In this document: piece after piece, positions 23,651-31,820 of the stretch | Layout of the letters: every line of letters begins with the position of its first letter | Position numbering within the stretch: the first letter of the stretch is position 1 | Source of the DNA: a virus | Virus record (IMG/VR): IMGVR_UViG_3300028430_001052 | Length of the DNA: 39,800 nt | Reading direction: 5' to 3' (one strand) | The notes under the pieces: generated by a model | Told to the model about the DNA's origin: nothing | The model's input: the letters and a program-made list of their open reading frames with translations, nothing else | The model's database searches: none | Position numbers and translations under genes: made by a program

Positions 23651-25604
23651 CTATAACTGCCGGTTGAGGAACTACTGTGTCTTTAGCTGCTAAGCGATTT
23701 TCTTCTTCAACATCTCGAATGATTTTAAGCAGAGACTGAGCATTTCTAAGGTCAATCTCTTGCATTTCTTTTGCTGCGCGTACGTCATTGAGCGTTGTAC
23801 GGGATCTTTCTTCTTGAGCTGCTGCCAATCTCTCTTCGCTAAGGGCGGCGTCGTATTTGATTCTGCTAAGCCGCTCTTGACCCAAGGCAATGTCCCCAAA
23901 GGCTTTTGCTTGAAGCAGCTCGTTGACTTGCTTCTTGTCTTCGATCTCTTGCTGCTGGACAGCTTGAGCCACTTCCGACCTTTGCTTAAGTAGCTGCATG
24001 CCTTTCTTGCTGATTGGGTATGGCGAAAGCTCCCACATAAGCTCGTCTGGAACATCGACGCCGCCCATTTTCATTGTCCAAGCTTGCATAAAGGCTGACT
24101 GTTTTTGGTAATCGGTCATCGGCATTTCAGCAAAATCAATGTCGTACTCAAGGAAAGTTCCATTATAAAACTCCATGGTCGGAGGTTCCTTGATCAACCT
24201 CTCTACCTTTTCGGGGGTGAACTTTTGGATCATCTTGAGAACTTTCTTGTTCAGCAGATAATCAGCCTCTCTAAAGTTGTCCATGATAGGTCCAAGCTGC
24301 ATGATCGCCATAGATTGCTTCATTTTGAAAAGCATCGCACTCATACGGTCAGTTTGATCGTTTCCTAACGCTCCTAGATCCACAAAATCTTTAATATCGG
24401 CATCAAATGATTCTTGTAACGCGAACAAGCTCTCAGGAATAGAAGGAGGGTCAATCTTCTCTGCATCGGAAATCTCAAAACCAGGGTTAAAGAAAATAAC
24501 TTTGCCTTGACCACTCTGAAATAGCGCTTTCGGATTTGAAACAGCCCCAGACTTAGCTTTCCATCCGATGCCAATCTGAGAATCAACAATGTCAAGAAGC
24601 TTAGACTTGCGCATGTTGTACTCTTCCTGACTATCACGAAGCAATCTCTGAAGCCCTTGCCATTTCCATTGAGCTAAGTCATAAGAAGGGTCAAATACCG
24701 AAAAGTAAGGAACAAAAGGATATTCTCCAATCCCCCAAGGGTCTTCTCCACTGTACAGGAGTCTGTTTTCTACGATAACGTTGTACTCAACAGTCCGATA
24801 ATACCCTTCAATTACAGCAAGATTTGGAAAGAACTTTTGAAGCGCATCTAATCGCCTCTTATCTCCTTTCCAAGGCTTCTGCTCTCCAGTAGTCTTGTCC
24901 ACTAAGAGCCAGCCTTTCTTGTATCGTTTCTTCCAGTATTCGTTATAGGCTAATAGCTGCTGCAATCCCCATTGACGCGCATAAGGCTCATACGTGAATT
25001 TCTCATCACGATTGCCATATCCCATTGAGTCTATCTCTCTTTCGCAACCAGGTACTAAGGATTTGATAACGTCTTTGCTGAGGTATTTTCTACGCGCAAT
25101 AAACGTACAATCTTCAAGATCTAAGCGAGTACAAAACGGATCCCAAATGACATCATTCCAATTGTCCAGGTGAAAATCGATACGACCATTTACATAGTCT
25201 TGCCTGTAATCTACCCAAGGAGAAACCCAAGAAACCCCTGATATTAGGCTGTTATGCTTTGCTTTGTTGATCGTCTTGTATCCCTTCGGCTGCATCTGAG
25301 TTTGAAGAAGATCTGTCAGTTGATCGGCAGTTTCTGGGTTCGAATTTTCACGAGGAACAACGACGCTTTGCATTTGATTCGCGCTCAAATAGCCGCTGAC
25401 CATGTTGATAGTTTTTCTGGACTTATTGAATGTAAAAGAGTTACGCCTTTCCTCGTTCAGGTATTTTAATTGGTCAAGGCTCCATTGGTTGCCGAGATAA
25501 AACCCTGCGTCTCTATATTGCTCAGCAAATAGAGGATTCAGAATCATGTAGGCACGATTGTAGTCTTGAGTGAAATCGGAGACGATATCGTAATCTGTCG
25601 GCAT
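23631..25604 (-). CDS. Portal (head-tail connector) protein
   Basis: 657 aa and first gene of the virion operon. The C-terminus is an acidic coiled coil. Size and position are typical for podovirus portals. Confidence 0.65.
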   Translation of the reverse strand: MPTDYDIVSDFTQDYNRAYMILNPLFAEQYRDAGFYLGNQWSLDQLKYLNEERRNSFTFNKSRKTINMVSGYLSANQMQSVVVPRENSNPETADQLTDLLQTQMQPKGYKTINKAKHNSLISGVSWVSPWVDYRQDYVNGRIDFHLDNWNDVIWDPFCTRLDLEDCTFIARRKYLSKDVIKSLVPGCEREIDSMGYGNRDEKFTYEPYARQWGLQQLLAYNEYWKKRYKKGWLLVDKTTGEQKPWKGDKRRLDALQKFFPNLAVIEGYYRTVEYNVIVENRLLYSGEDPWGIGEYPFVPYFSVFDPSYDLAQWKWQGLQRLLRDSQEEYNMRKSKLLDIVDSQIGIGWKAKSGAVSNPKALFQSGQGKVIFFNPGFEISDAEKIDPPSIPESLFALQESFDADIKDFVDLGALGNDQTDRMSAMLFKMKQSMAIMQLGPIMDNFREADYLLNKKVLKMIQKFTPEKVERLIKEPPTMEFYNGTFLEYDIDFAEMPMTDYQKQSAFMQAWTMKMGGVDVPDELMWELSPYPISKKGMQLLKQRSEVAQAVQQQEIEDKKQVNELLQAKAFGDIALGQERLSRIKYDAALSEERLAAAQEERSRTTLNDVRAAKEMQEIDLRNAQSLLKIIRDVEEENRLAAKDTVVPQPAVIDGETER

Positions 25605-25706
25605 CCCTTACCTGGACTAAAAATTGAAAAAATAACTTTACACCCGATTGCAGTAAAGTCTTTTTTTGAATTTTTATCAAGAGAATACTAATACCAAAAG
25701 TATGCT

Positions 25707-25735
25707 TTGACAAGTTTTTGAAATGTATATATTTT
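25707..25735 (+). promoter_or_regulatory. Candidate promoter reading toward the rep-like gene
   Basis: TTGACA (25707-25712), a 17-nt spacer, then TATTTT. A perfect TATAAT also occurs at 25825-25830. Confidence 0.3.
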
Positions 25736-25740
25736 TAGAT

Positions 25741-25770
25741 AAAAAAAAGCTCAACCTACCAGAGTTGAGC
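25741..25770 (-). terminator. Minus-strand intrinsic terminator between the rep-antisense region and the portal gene
   Basis: GCTCAAC-8 nt-GTTGAGC is followed on the minus strand by T8. Confidence 0.55.
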
Positions 25771-25935
25771 CTTAAGAAAGAAACCGCCTGGCAAGAAATC
25801 TAGAGTAGAAAACTGTACCAGCAGTATAATGGCGTTGAGAATATTAAAAAACCAACGCTTGTGTGACGTCATTATATGACACTCTATATTTTTTGCCACG
25901 CGAAAATACGCCTACGCAAAAATTATGGAGTTGAA

Positions 25936-26940
25936 ATGGTCCGCTTTAGAACAATCAAACAAGAATTTACCTCTGTACCCAACGACGTTATCCAAGGATT
26001 TTACCTCTCGGCCAACGCCCTTGCCGTACTAGTTACCTGTCTATCCTACCCAAATGATTGGAAATATCGACCAGTCAGTATTTGGAAAAATCTAAAGCTC
26101 AGTCGCGATAAAACCTATGCCGCTTTTGACGAACTCGTTGAAAAAGGACATTGCATTCGCATTCGATCATTAAGAGGAAACCTTAGAGCTGAGGTTGACT
26201 ATATCTTTTTCGATCAAATAATAACTTGTCAAGATTACATAAAAGAAAACGAAAAAGAGTTGAGCGCTAGCAATATACAGGTTGAACATAAGTGGAATTT
26301 CAAAAAATGTTTTCGACATCCTGAACCTTGGAATCCCGAGGGCGGGGAACCCGAGGGCCAGGAAGTATTAAATAAGATCGAACAAAGAAGATCTATAAAA
26401 GAATCGATTAGGCCAATTGTTCATAACTCCTCTCAGCCAAAAGACTCGCCACCAAGCGCTCCTCCTCCAACTCCACCTCCTCCCAAGAAGCCATCTCAAG
26501 ATTCGACTAATTCGATTCCTTCTTATTCAGAAGGTTTTTCGATTGATTTTTCGAGTCCTGAACTATTGGAACTCATTGAGATGGAGCCAGAATATGCGCC
26601 CTTTTTCCGTCCAGAAATTGTGACCCGCTGGATAAAGAAATATAGCCCAAAAACTGTTCTAGAAACCGTAAAATTTTTCTTCCAAGTGAAGTCCAAGCAA
26701 GCAAAGCCTATACCAAAACCTGAAGCCTGGATGGAGGTGGCGTTAAAGAAAAAGTTTACTGAGGTAGACAAATCCACTAAGGAAAACAAAGAATTTGCTG
26801 AAAATCTTAAGAAAAAATACCGGCTACAAAGCCTGAAAATAAACAAGCGCTACTGCCAAGACACTGAGACTGGAAAAGATTATTATTACTATTTGCCTCC
26901 AGAGGTTTTTCAAAGAGCCCTACAGCAGCTAATAGAATAA
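25936..26940 (+). CDS. Winged-helix replication initiator / replisome-organizer-like protein with a proline-rich linker
   Basis: GGAG lies 6 nt before ATG 25936. The N-terminus FTSVPNDVIQG..LSANALAVLVTCLSYPNDW...LSRDKTYAAFDELVEKGH is wHTH-like. The linker is PPSAPPPTPPPPKKP. The C-terminus ...IVTRWIKKYSPKTVLETVKFF...PEAWMEVALKKKF resembles a DnaD/organizer domain. Confidence 0.5.
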   Translation: MVRFRTIKQEFTSVPNDVIQGFYLSANALAVLVTCLSYPNDWKYRPVSIWKNLKLSRDKTYAAFDELVEKGHCIRIRSLRGNLRAEVDYIFFDQIITCQDYIKENEKELSASNIQVEHKWNFKKCFRHPEPWNPEGGEPEGQEVLNKIEQRRSIKESIRPIVHNSSQPKDSPPSAPPPTPPPPKKPSQDSTNSIPSYSEGFSIDFSSPELLELIEMEPEYAPFFRPEIVTRWIKKYSPKTVLETVKFFFQVKSKQAKPIPKPEAWMEVALKKKFTEVDKSTKENKEFAENLKKKYRLQSLKINKRYCQDTETGKDYYYYLPPEVFQRALQQLIE

Positions 26941-26961
26941 TTTTAACAAGGAACTACAAGC

Positions 26962-28293
26962 TTATGCTTTCCAGCCCCACAGACCCTTCATGCGATCGTA
27001 ATCTGAGTCATTTACGCCTCGATCCGAGCGATGATTCTGCTCCGTTATCGCCATCATACGAAAGGCATCTGCTCCATGAGATGAATAGTCATGGTGCGGA
27101 CGATCGCTATAGACACGATACTTTTCGTTGTATTGCTTGCGATAGTTTTCAAGGCATTTCAGTCCGTGCTCGCAACCTTTTTCATCGAACCAACATCGGG
27201 AAAGAGTCATCCTCACCGCTTCAATCCCCGATTCCAAGCTCAGTTTTGGCGCAACACGGAAGTTCAGACCCAAACGACGAGCTGTTTCGAGTCTTGTCGC
27301 ACCAGTTGTTAACTCCCTCGCTTGAATATCATGCGGGGCAACGTGAAGATCATATACGCAGCCAGTCTCTCTGCGGTATTCGTCTAAAATGCGTGCATAA
27401 TGCGTTAAACCTTCGCCTGAATTTTCATAATAATTGACAAGATGAATCTCTTTTCCAACAAACTGAGCAAACCAAATAGCCGTAGAATCGCCGACACCGA
27501 GGTCCCAATACGTTCTAACGGGTACTGCTGGATCATACGCAACTCTTGTGATCTGTCCTTTTTTGCGCAATTCGTCTATCTGGCGGCCATAATAGGAGCC
27601 TTCTTGACCTCGATTAAAGTTGCAATAAAACTCTTGCTGAATCATGTCTTCTGGCATCCCTTTGCGGCGCTCGGCTTCTACTTGCTCTTCAGTCAACACT
27701 CCGGTATCTCTAACGGTAAGGACTTGGAAGAACCAGTCAGACGGATTCTTACGGGCAATTTCGGCAAGCTCCCACCCATGGTTTTTACCTCGAGGCGTAT
27801 AGATAAAAGCACACCATCCACCGTTGGCTGCCAGAATTGGTTTAACGAAATCATATGCCATAGGATCCATAAGAGACCACTCACTGAAAATGACTCCTCT
27901 TGGGTTGGTTCCCATGATAGCGTCGTAGCTATCGGCTCCTATAAGCTGTATCAAAGACAGACCTTTAGCTCCCTTGATCCATATCTTCATCTCAGTGTTA
28001 TTCGGATTTCCATCAACAATTTGCTTAGGAATGTAGTCGAGCATTCGTTGGCCAGTGTTTGTCATACCATCCCAAACTACACGCTTAGCCTGAGCAAAGG
28101 AAGGAAGAAAATAGTAGTAAGTACCAGGCTCAAGATAGGCACGTTTAATCATATAATTCCACATAGTGGTGTCTTTACCGCCCCGTCTATGTACGACCCA
28201 ACATGCGTTTCGGCAACCGTCGTCTAAGGCGTTTAAAATTTTCTCTTGGTATGGCCTGGGTGAATATCCATAGGGAAGCGTTAATTTGCCCAC
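26962..28293 (-). CDS. terL: Terminase large subunit
   Basis: Contains PRPYQEKIL...VHRRGGKDT (ATPase), IIFSEW, then the nuclease half YWDLGVGDSTAIWF...HDYSSHGADAFR. Confidence 0.85.
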   Translation of the reverse strand: MGKLTLPYGYSPRPYQEKILNALDDGCRNACWVVHRRGGKDTTMWNYMIKRAYLEPGTYYYFLPSFAQAKRVVWDGMTNTGQRMLDYIPKQIVDGNPNNTEMKIWIKGAKGLSLIQLIGADSYDAIMGTNPRGVIFSEWSLMDPMAYDFVKPILAANGGWCAFIYTPRGKNHGWELAEIARKNPSDWFFQVLTVRDTGVLTEEQVEAERRKGMPEDMIQQEFYCNFNRGQEGSYYGRQIDELRKKGQITRVAYDPAVPVRTYWDLGVGDSTAIWFAQFVGKEIHLVNYYENSGEGLTHYARILDEYRRETGCVYDLHVAPHDIQARELTTGATRLETARRLGLNFRVAPKLSLESGIEAVRMTLSRCWFDEKGCEHGLKCLENYRKQYNEKYRVYSDRPHHDYSSHGADAFRMMAITEQNHRSDRGVNDSDYDRMKGLWGWKA

Positions 28294-28372
28294 GATTTCT
28301 CCTTAACTTTTTATTCTTCTGATGAAAAAATTAAAAAAAATACTTTACATAATAGATAAAAAAAAGAGATTT

Positions 28373-28409
28373 GCTCGGGCTAAATTTTCTTACGTCGATG
28401 AACCCGAGC
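28373..28409 (-). terminator. Hairpin (GCTCGGG ... CCCGAGC, large loop) downstream of the early/middle genes
   Basis: 7-bp GC-rich stem with a T-run a few nt downstream on the minus strand. The 23-nt loop makes it weak. Confidence 0.3.
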
Positions 28410-28498
28410 TTTTAATTTATCTCCCCAGCCTATCGTACGCACTCCAGAGATCCTCCCCCACCCCTCCCGAAGAATAAGCCAGAAACAAAACACAGAGT

Positions 28499-28894
28499 CT
28501 ATTGAGAAGTGTAGCGATAACAGGCTACATACACCGGATAGTTCCTAACCAGTGTCACTATCAAGCGAACAAAAACTAAATCGCCATGTATTTGTAGGAG
28601 GCGTTCTTGTGGTGTTTCACTTACATAGAACTTATCTGGATAAAGTTTTCCAAATTCTTTCAGCGCATCAAATACATTCATTGTGGGTCTTTCTAAATAA
28701 AAGTCCTTAAAATCCTGTAGAGCATCTACTTTTTCTAAAATATCCAAGGAAATTTTAATTTGAGTTTCTATAATAGATTTTGTCAAAAATGATGCTGCAG
28801 ATTTTCTCACTGCTTGATTAGAGGATGCATATTCTATAGATTTTTCTATGCAATCTCTTAATTCAGTGAACCTATTCTTCTCTTTTCTCATCAT
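28499..28894 (-). CDS. Hypothetical protein (131 aa)
   Basis: ORF only. Confidence 0.4.
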   Translation of the reverse strand: MMRKEKNRFTELRDCIEKSIEYASSNQAVRKSAASFLTKSIIETQIKISLDILEKVDALQDFKDFYLERPTMNVFDALKEFGKLYPDKFYVSETPQERLLQIHGDLVFVRLIVTLVRNYPVYVACYRYTSQ

Positions 28895-29090
28895 TTTTAC
28901 TCTCTATCTCATCCATGCAGCGGATTTTGTGTCCTTTCTCAATCTGCCTAAAATATTCACAAACCTTTCCTTCTTTAGGAGGAATTGTAAAAAACATCTG
29001 TATTGTGTCAGGAATTGCCCTGTATCTATAGCAATCCTTCTTCATGGAGCAATCTCCCCCTACGCACATAGAAATGTCAGGCACAACCAT
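28872..29090 (-). CDS. Small Cys-rich protein (C-x4-C-x5-C-YRY motif)
   Basis: MVVPDISMCVGGDCSMKKDCYRYRA... AAGGA lies upstream of ATG 29090. The ORF-track start at 29114 is a TTG. Confidence 0.4.
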   Translation of the reverse strand: MVVPDISMCVGGDCSMKKDCYRYRAIPDTIQMFFTIPPKEGKVCEYFRQIEKGHKIRCMDEIESKNDEKREE

Positions 29091-29117
29091 TTTTCCTTTT
29101 GATAATTGCAACAATAG

Positions 29118-29420
29118 CTATCCATTCTTACCTGCTTGCAATTCCATTCTCTTCCAAAGATCTTTGAAGTGAATTTTGATATTACACAATCTTCCCGCAT
29201 GAGTTTCAGCTATGCGAGAGACAAGATATACAGTACGAATCAGACGCACGTTCCGCTCGTTTTCTTCTCCTACAGCGTCAGAAACCCAATCAGCCTCATT
29301 TTCGACATCATAAAGCTCAAAAAGAGGTATAATATCTCGCAAAAATGCTGTTAGCTGATCACAATCCCAATACTCTAGAAATTCGTTGATTTCTTGCTCG
29401 AGGTGCTTTTTCCTGGCCAC
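29118..29420 (-). CDS. Hypothetical acidic protein (100 aa)
   Basis: ORF coupled to the upstream gene. Confidence 0.4.
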   Translation of the reverse strand: MARKKHLEQEINEFLEYWDCDQLTAFLRDIIPLFELYDVENEADWVSDAVGEENERNVRLIRTVYLVSRIAETHAGRLCNIKIHFKDLWKRMELQAGKNG

Positions 29421-29674
29421 TACTCAACAACTCCTAAGATATCTCGTTCTGTAACCAGCAAATGTTCTTCATCTGTTTTGTTAATCTTGGAACCAGCATA
29501 AGGAACTATTAGCAGTGTTTCTCCAGGCTCAACTTCAAGTTCAACTCCCCCGCCTTTATTGACCAAGACAACTTCAAAAGGCTCATCTTTAATCGTAACA
29601 TTTAGGATTAAACTACTTTTCTTCTCTTGTGGTTTAATCTTCACAAGTAGATTGCGTCCGAGTGCTCTTAACAT
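29420..29674 (-). CDS. GroES/Cpn10-like co-chaperonin with a short mobile loop
   Basis: LRALGRNLLVKIKPQEKKSSLIL...VEPGETLLIVPYAGSKINKTDEEHLLVTERDILGVVE aligns along its full length with GroES (RPLhDRVlVK ... GD.V.f..yaG.e......ey.i..e.DILa.ve). Confidence 0.65.
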   Translation of the reverse strand: MLRALGRNLLVKIKPQEKKSSLILNVTIKDEPFEVVLVNKGGGVELEVEPGETLLIVPYAGSKINKTDEEHLLVTERDILGVVE

Positions 29675-30054
29675 ATTCCCTGACTTTTCTTTTTAAGTGT
29701 TTCGATAAGGCTCGTTCTTTGTTCTTCTTTAACCTTTTTACTATCAGATGATTTTAGCTTGCTTAAAGAGGGCTTTTTACCATTTGGAACGACGCTATTT
29801 TGGTTATATGCCGGTTTATAGATTGGCCCTTTTAACCGATTTTCGAGGGCTTCTACGCTTTCGATTTCACGTTTCAAATACCATAAAGCTTTCTTTAGGT
29901 CTTGTAGTTCATTTTCTTTCTTTCCAGACCTTAGAGCGTATTTTATGACATTTCCAAGGTTGAAGTTCAGATTGAATGCTTCTATCACCTGTATAGCTTC
30001 TATCCCGTTTTGAGATATGTAGTGAGAAGGACTATTAATTACATCGTTTTTCAT
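29668..30054 (-). CDS. DUF3310-family phage protein
   Basis: GGAGGAG lies before ATG 30054. Contains SPSHY...IEAIQVIEAF..NF.LGNVIKYALR.GKK.....DL.KALWYL. Confidence 0.6.
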   Translation of the reverse strand: MKNDVINSPSHYISQNGIEAIQVIEAFNLNFNLGNVIKYALRSGKKENELQDLKKALWYLKREIESVEALENRLKGPIYKPAYNQNSVVPNGKKPSLSKLKSSDSKKVKEEQRTSLIETLKKKSQGIC

Positions 30055-30223
30055 TTTACTCCTCCGATGAGTTAGAAGTGTTTGGAAGTTTTTCAATTGC
30101 CCCCTCGGATGTTTCTATAATTAAGTCGCTCAAGCTAGAGAATGTTGGATCGTAGCCATTATCAAATACAACATAAAATAGACTTGGATCTAAGTAGCAT
30201 CTTAAGGGGCACACATCAACCTG

Positions 30224-30451
30224 TTAAAGTGTATTTTTTAATTTATCTTGTATGGCTTGCAATATCCAACCTGTCTTAGAGATCCCCACGGTCTTAGTTA
30301 GTGCTTCATCTATCTCTCTAGACATGTTTTTCGGCATCCTAAGATTGAAATTTGTGTGAGTGTCTTGGTTGTCTAAGTCAGCTTTCACATGTCCGCCTTT
30401 CTCGATCACTTTATTAACTTCATTTTTTGATTTTAGAGGTTTTAGCGCCAT
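30224..30451 (-). CDS. Ribbon-helix-helix protein, ParG-like partner of ParA
   Basis: NFNLRMPKNMSREIDEALTKTVGISKTGWILQAIQDKL lies directly downstream of parA. Confidence 0.55.
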   Translation of the reverse strand: MALKPLKSKNEVNKVIEKGGHVKADLDNQDTHTNFNLRMPKNMSREIDEALTKTVGISKTGWILQAIQDKLKNTL

Positions 30452-30469
30452 AAATGTACATCTCCTACG

Positions 30470-30505
30470 TGTTAAATGCGTTTATTGTGTTTATTGAATG
30501 CGTTC
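30470..30505. promoter_or_regulatory. Two AATGCGTT boxes 22 bp apart at the parA 3' end, upstream of the parG-like gene
   Basis: TGCG at 30477 and 30499. The 5' leader CTCCTACGT..TGCGTTT resembles the one upstream of parA. Confidence 0.4.
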
Positions 30506-31147
30506 TAAACACGTTGAAAATATACATTCATACAAAGCTTTCATCTCTTGAGTAGCCTTCTTGTCTTGTACCTTTAATTCGACAACCCCCAGGCCATCAG
30601 CTGCAGCATTGCTAAACGCCTTTCTTTGCCCAATACACACCGGAGCGCACTCAATATCGGGACACTCTTTTAACACTTCGATTGCAGCTTCGTTATCTTC
30701 TCCTCTAGAATCCGCTTGATTGATTACTGCTAAACAGATCAAATTCGGATTTACCGCTTTTATCTCTGCAATCATCTTTTTTAGTGGCCCAATTGTCCAA
30801 ATGTCCAACGATCTCGGCTTGAAAGGAATCACAAAAACATCTGCTATCACTAATGCAGATCTTTGGCTTGTAGTGTCTCTTCCCCCAACATCGATAATTA
30901 CATAATCATAATCGGCGCCCATCTTCTGCAACTGAGCATTTACCGCCTTTCCAGACAACTCTACCGTTACCCAAGAAGTATCGACTCCTTCATCTTCTCT
31001 TTGTTGCGCCCAATCACTTGCTGATTTCTGCTCATCTGCATCAACCAACAAAACTTTACTTCCAGATTCTGCTCTCATTACAGCTAAATTGGTGGCTATT
31101 GTTGTCTTACCACTGCCACCTTTGATTCCTCCGACTACAACGATCAT
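30491..31147 (-). CDS. parA: Short ParA/ParF-type partition ATPase
   Basis: Deviant Walker A GGIKGGSGKTT, then LLVDADEQ and VIIDVGGRDT. 218 aa with no N-terminal HTH. Confidence 0.8.
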   Translation of the reverse strand: MIVVVGGIKGGSGKTTIATNLAVMRAESGSKVLLVDADEQKSASDWAQQREDEGVDTSWVTVELSGKAVNAQLQKMGADYDYVIIDVGGRDTTSQRSALVIADVFVIPFKPRSLDIWTIGPLKKMIAEIKAVNPNLICLAVINQADSRGEDNEAAIEVLKECPDIECAPVCIGQRKAFSNAAADGLGVVELKVQDKKATQEMKALYECIFSTCLERIQ

Positions 31148-31159
31148 ATATTACTCCTA

Positions 31160-31255
31160 CGTTTCTTTTGCGTTTTAAAAACACATTTAATGCGCACTAA
31201 ATGCGTCGAAAATGTGTTTTTTATGCGCTTAAGGTACGTTTAATTTGCGTTTTAG
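31160..31255. promoter_or_regulatory. Iterated W-W-TGCG-Y boxes in helical phase upstream of parA; candidate centromere/operator
   Basis: TGCG starts at 31169, 31191, 31202, 31224 and 31246, giving spacings of 22, 11, 22 and 22. Confidence 0.5.
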
Positions 31256-31274
31256 TCAAGTGCATTTTTCACGT

Positions 31275-31442
31275 CTAATTTTTCCGAAAAAAGAATGAAT
31301 AAACCACAACGTAAGTCACCATTAAGAGGAAATAGAAGGCTAAAGTTGTTAAAGGGAAAAACACCCACGACCAAGAAATCGAAAATAATCCCGTCACTTT
31401 TAGAGTTAAGAGCATGCTAAATGCGATAAAAAAAATTACCAT
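31275..31442 (-). CDS. Small two-TM hydrophobic protein (55 aa), not in the ORF track
   Basis: MVIFFIAFSMLLTLKVTGLFSISWSWVFFPLTTLAFYFLLMVTYVVVYSFFFRKN. The start overlaps the upstream stop. Confidence 0.35.
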   Translation of the reverse strand: MVIFFIAFSMLLTLKVTGLFSISWSWVFFPLTTLAFYFLLMVTYVVVYSFFFRKN

Positions 31443-31443
31443 T

Positions 31444-31809
31444 CTATTTCTCTCCTTTTTTCACATCAGAAGCTCGCTGACATATCTCTAAAGCTGAAAA
31501 TGAGTTGTAAGAGTATAGTTTTCCCGTTTCTATGTCATAACAATTGAAATGTTCACCACAAGGAGAGACAAATCCCAGAGTAAATGCCCCTTCAGCCTTT
31601 CTCCAACCTCTAAGCAAATATCGTTTAACAACCTCATTAATCTCAGTTAAGGTCATTTTTTCTTCTTTAATCGCTTCTAGAGACGTTCCTTTTTCCTTTT
31701 TCTTTGAATTTTTCTCTTCTCTCTTCAATTTTTCCCCACTTTCGATCCTCGAATTCATCGTCTTCCCAAACGAATTCTTCTCTTCCACAATACCAAGGGT
31801 AAGTGTCAC
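31444..31809 (-). CDS. Hypothetical protein (N-terminal KE-rich region; start uncertain)
   Basis: ORF only. Confidence 0.35.
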   Translation of the reverse strand: MTLTLGIVEEKNSFGKTMNSRIESGEKLKREEKNSKKKEKGTSLEAIKEEKMTLTEINEVVKRYLLRGWRKAEGAFTLGFVSPCGEHFNCYDIETGKLYSYNSFSALEICQRASDVKKGEK

Positions 31810-31820
31810 TCAATTGATAA

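Noticed and set aside
25634-25660. A recurring A-C-T-T-T-A-C-A motif in leaders (5545, 25635, 28341, 33675) as a phage-specific promoter
   Set aside because: There are only four copies, with no consistent partner hexamer or spacing to gene starts. At 25635-25659 it is simply one arm of a weak AT-rich hairpin. This is insufficient to call.
9064-25713. Many 60-120-aa ORF-track entries nested in or antisense to the GT-MT and virion genes (for example 9064-9420, 13297-13893, 17410-18039, 18400-18669, 19344-19638, 23690-24637, 25522-25713)
   Set aside because: Each is fully contained in a longer ORF that has operon coupling and protein-like composition. The nested ORFs are low-complexity and lack start-site context.
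26964-28227. Long + strand ORFs (157, 73 and 261 aa) opposite the terminase gene
   Set aside because: They lie antisense to a gene with unmistakable TerL motifs. Their sequences are S/L/R/C-rich with no recognisable domain or SD sequence. These are typical shadow ORFs.
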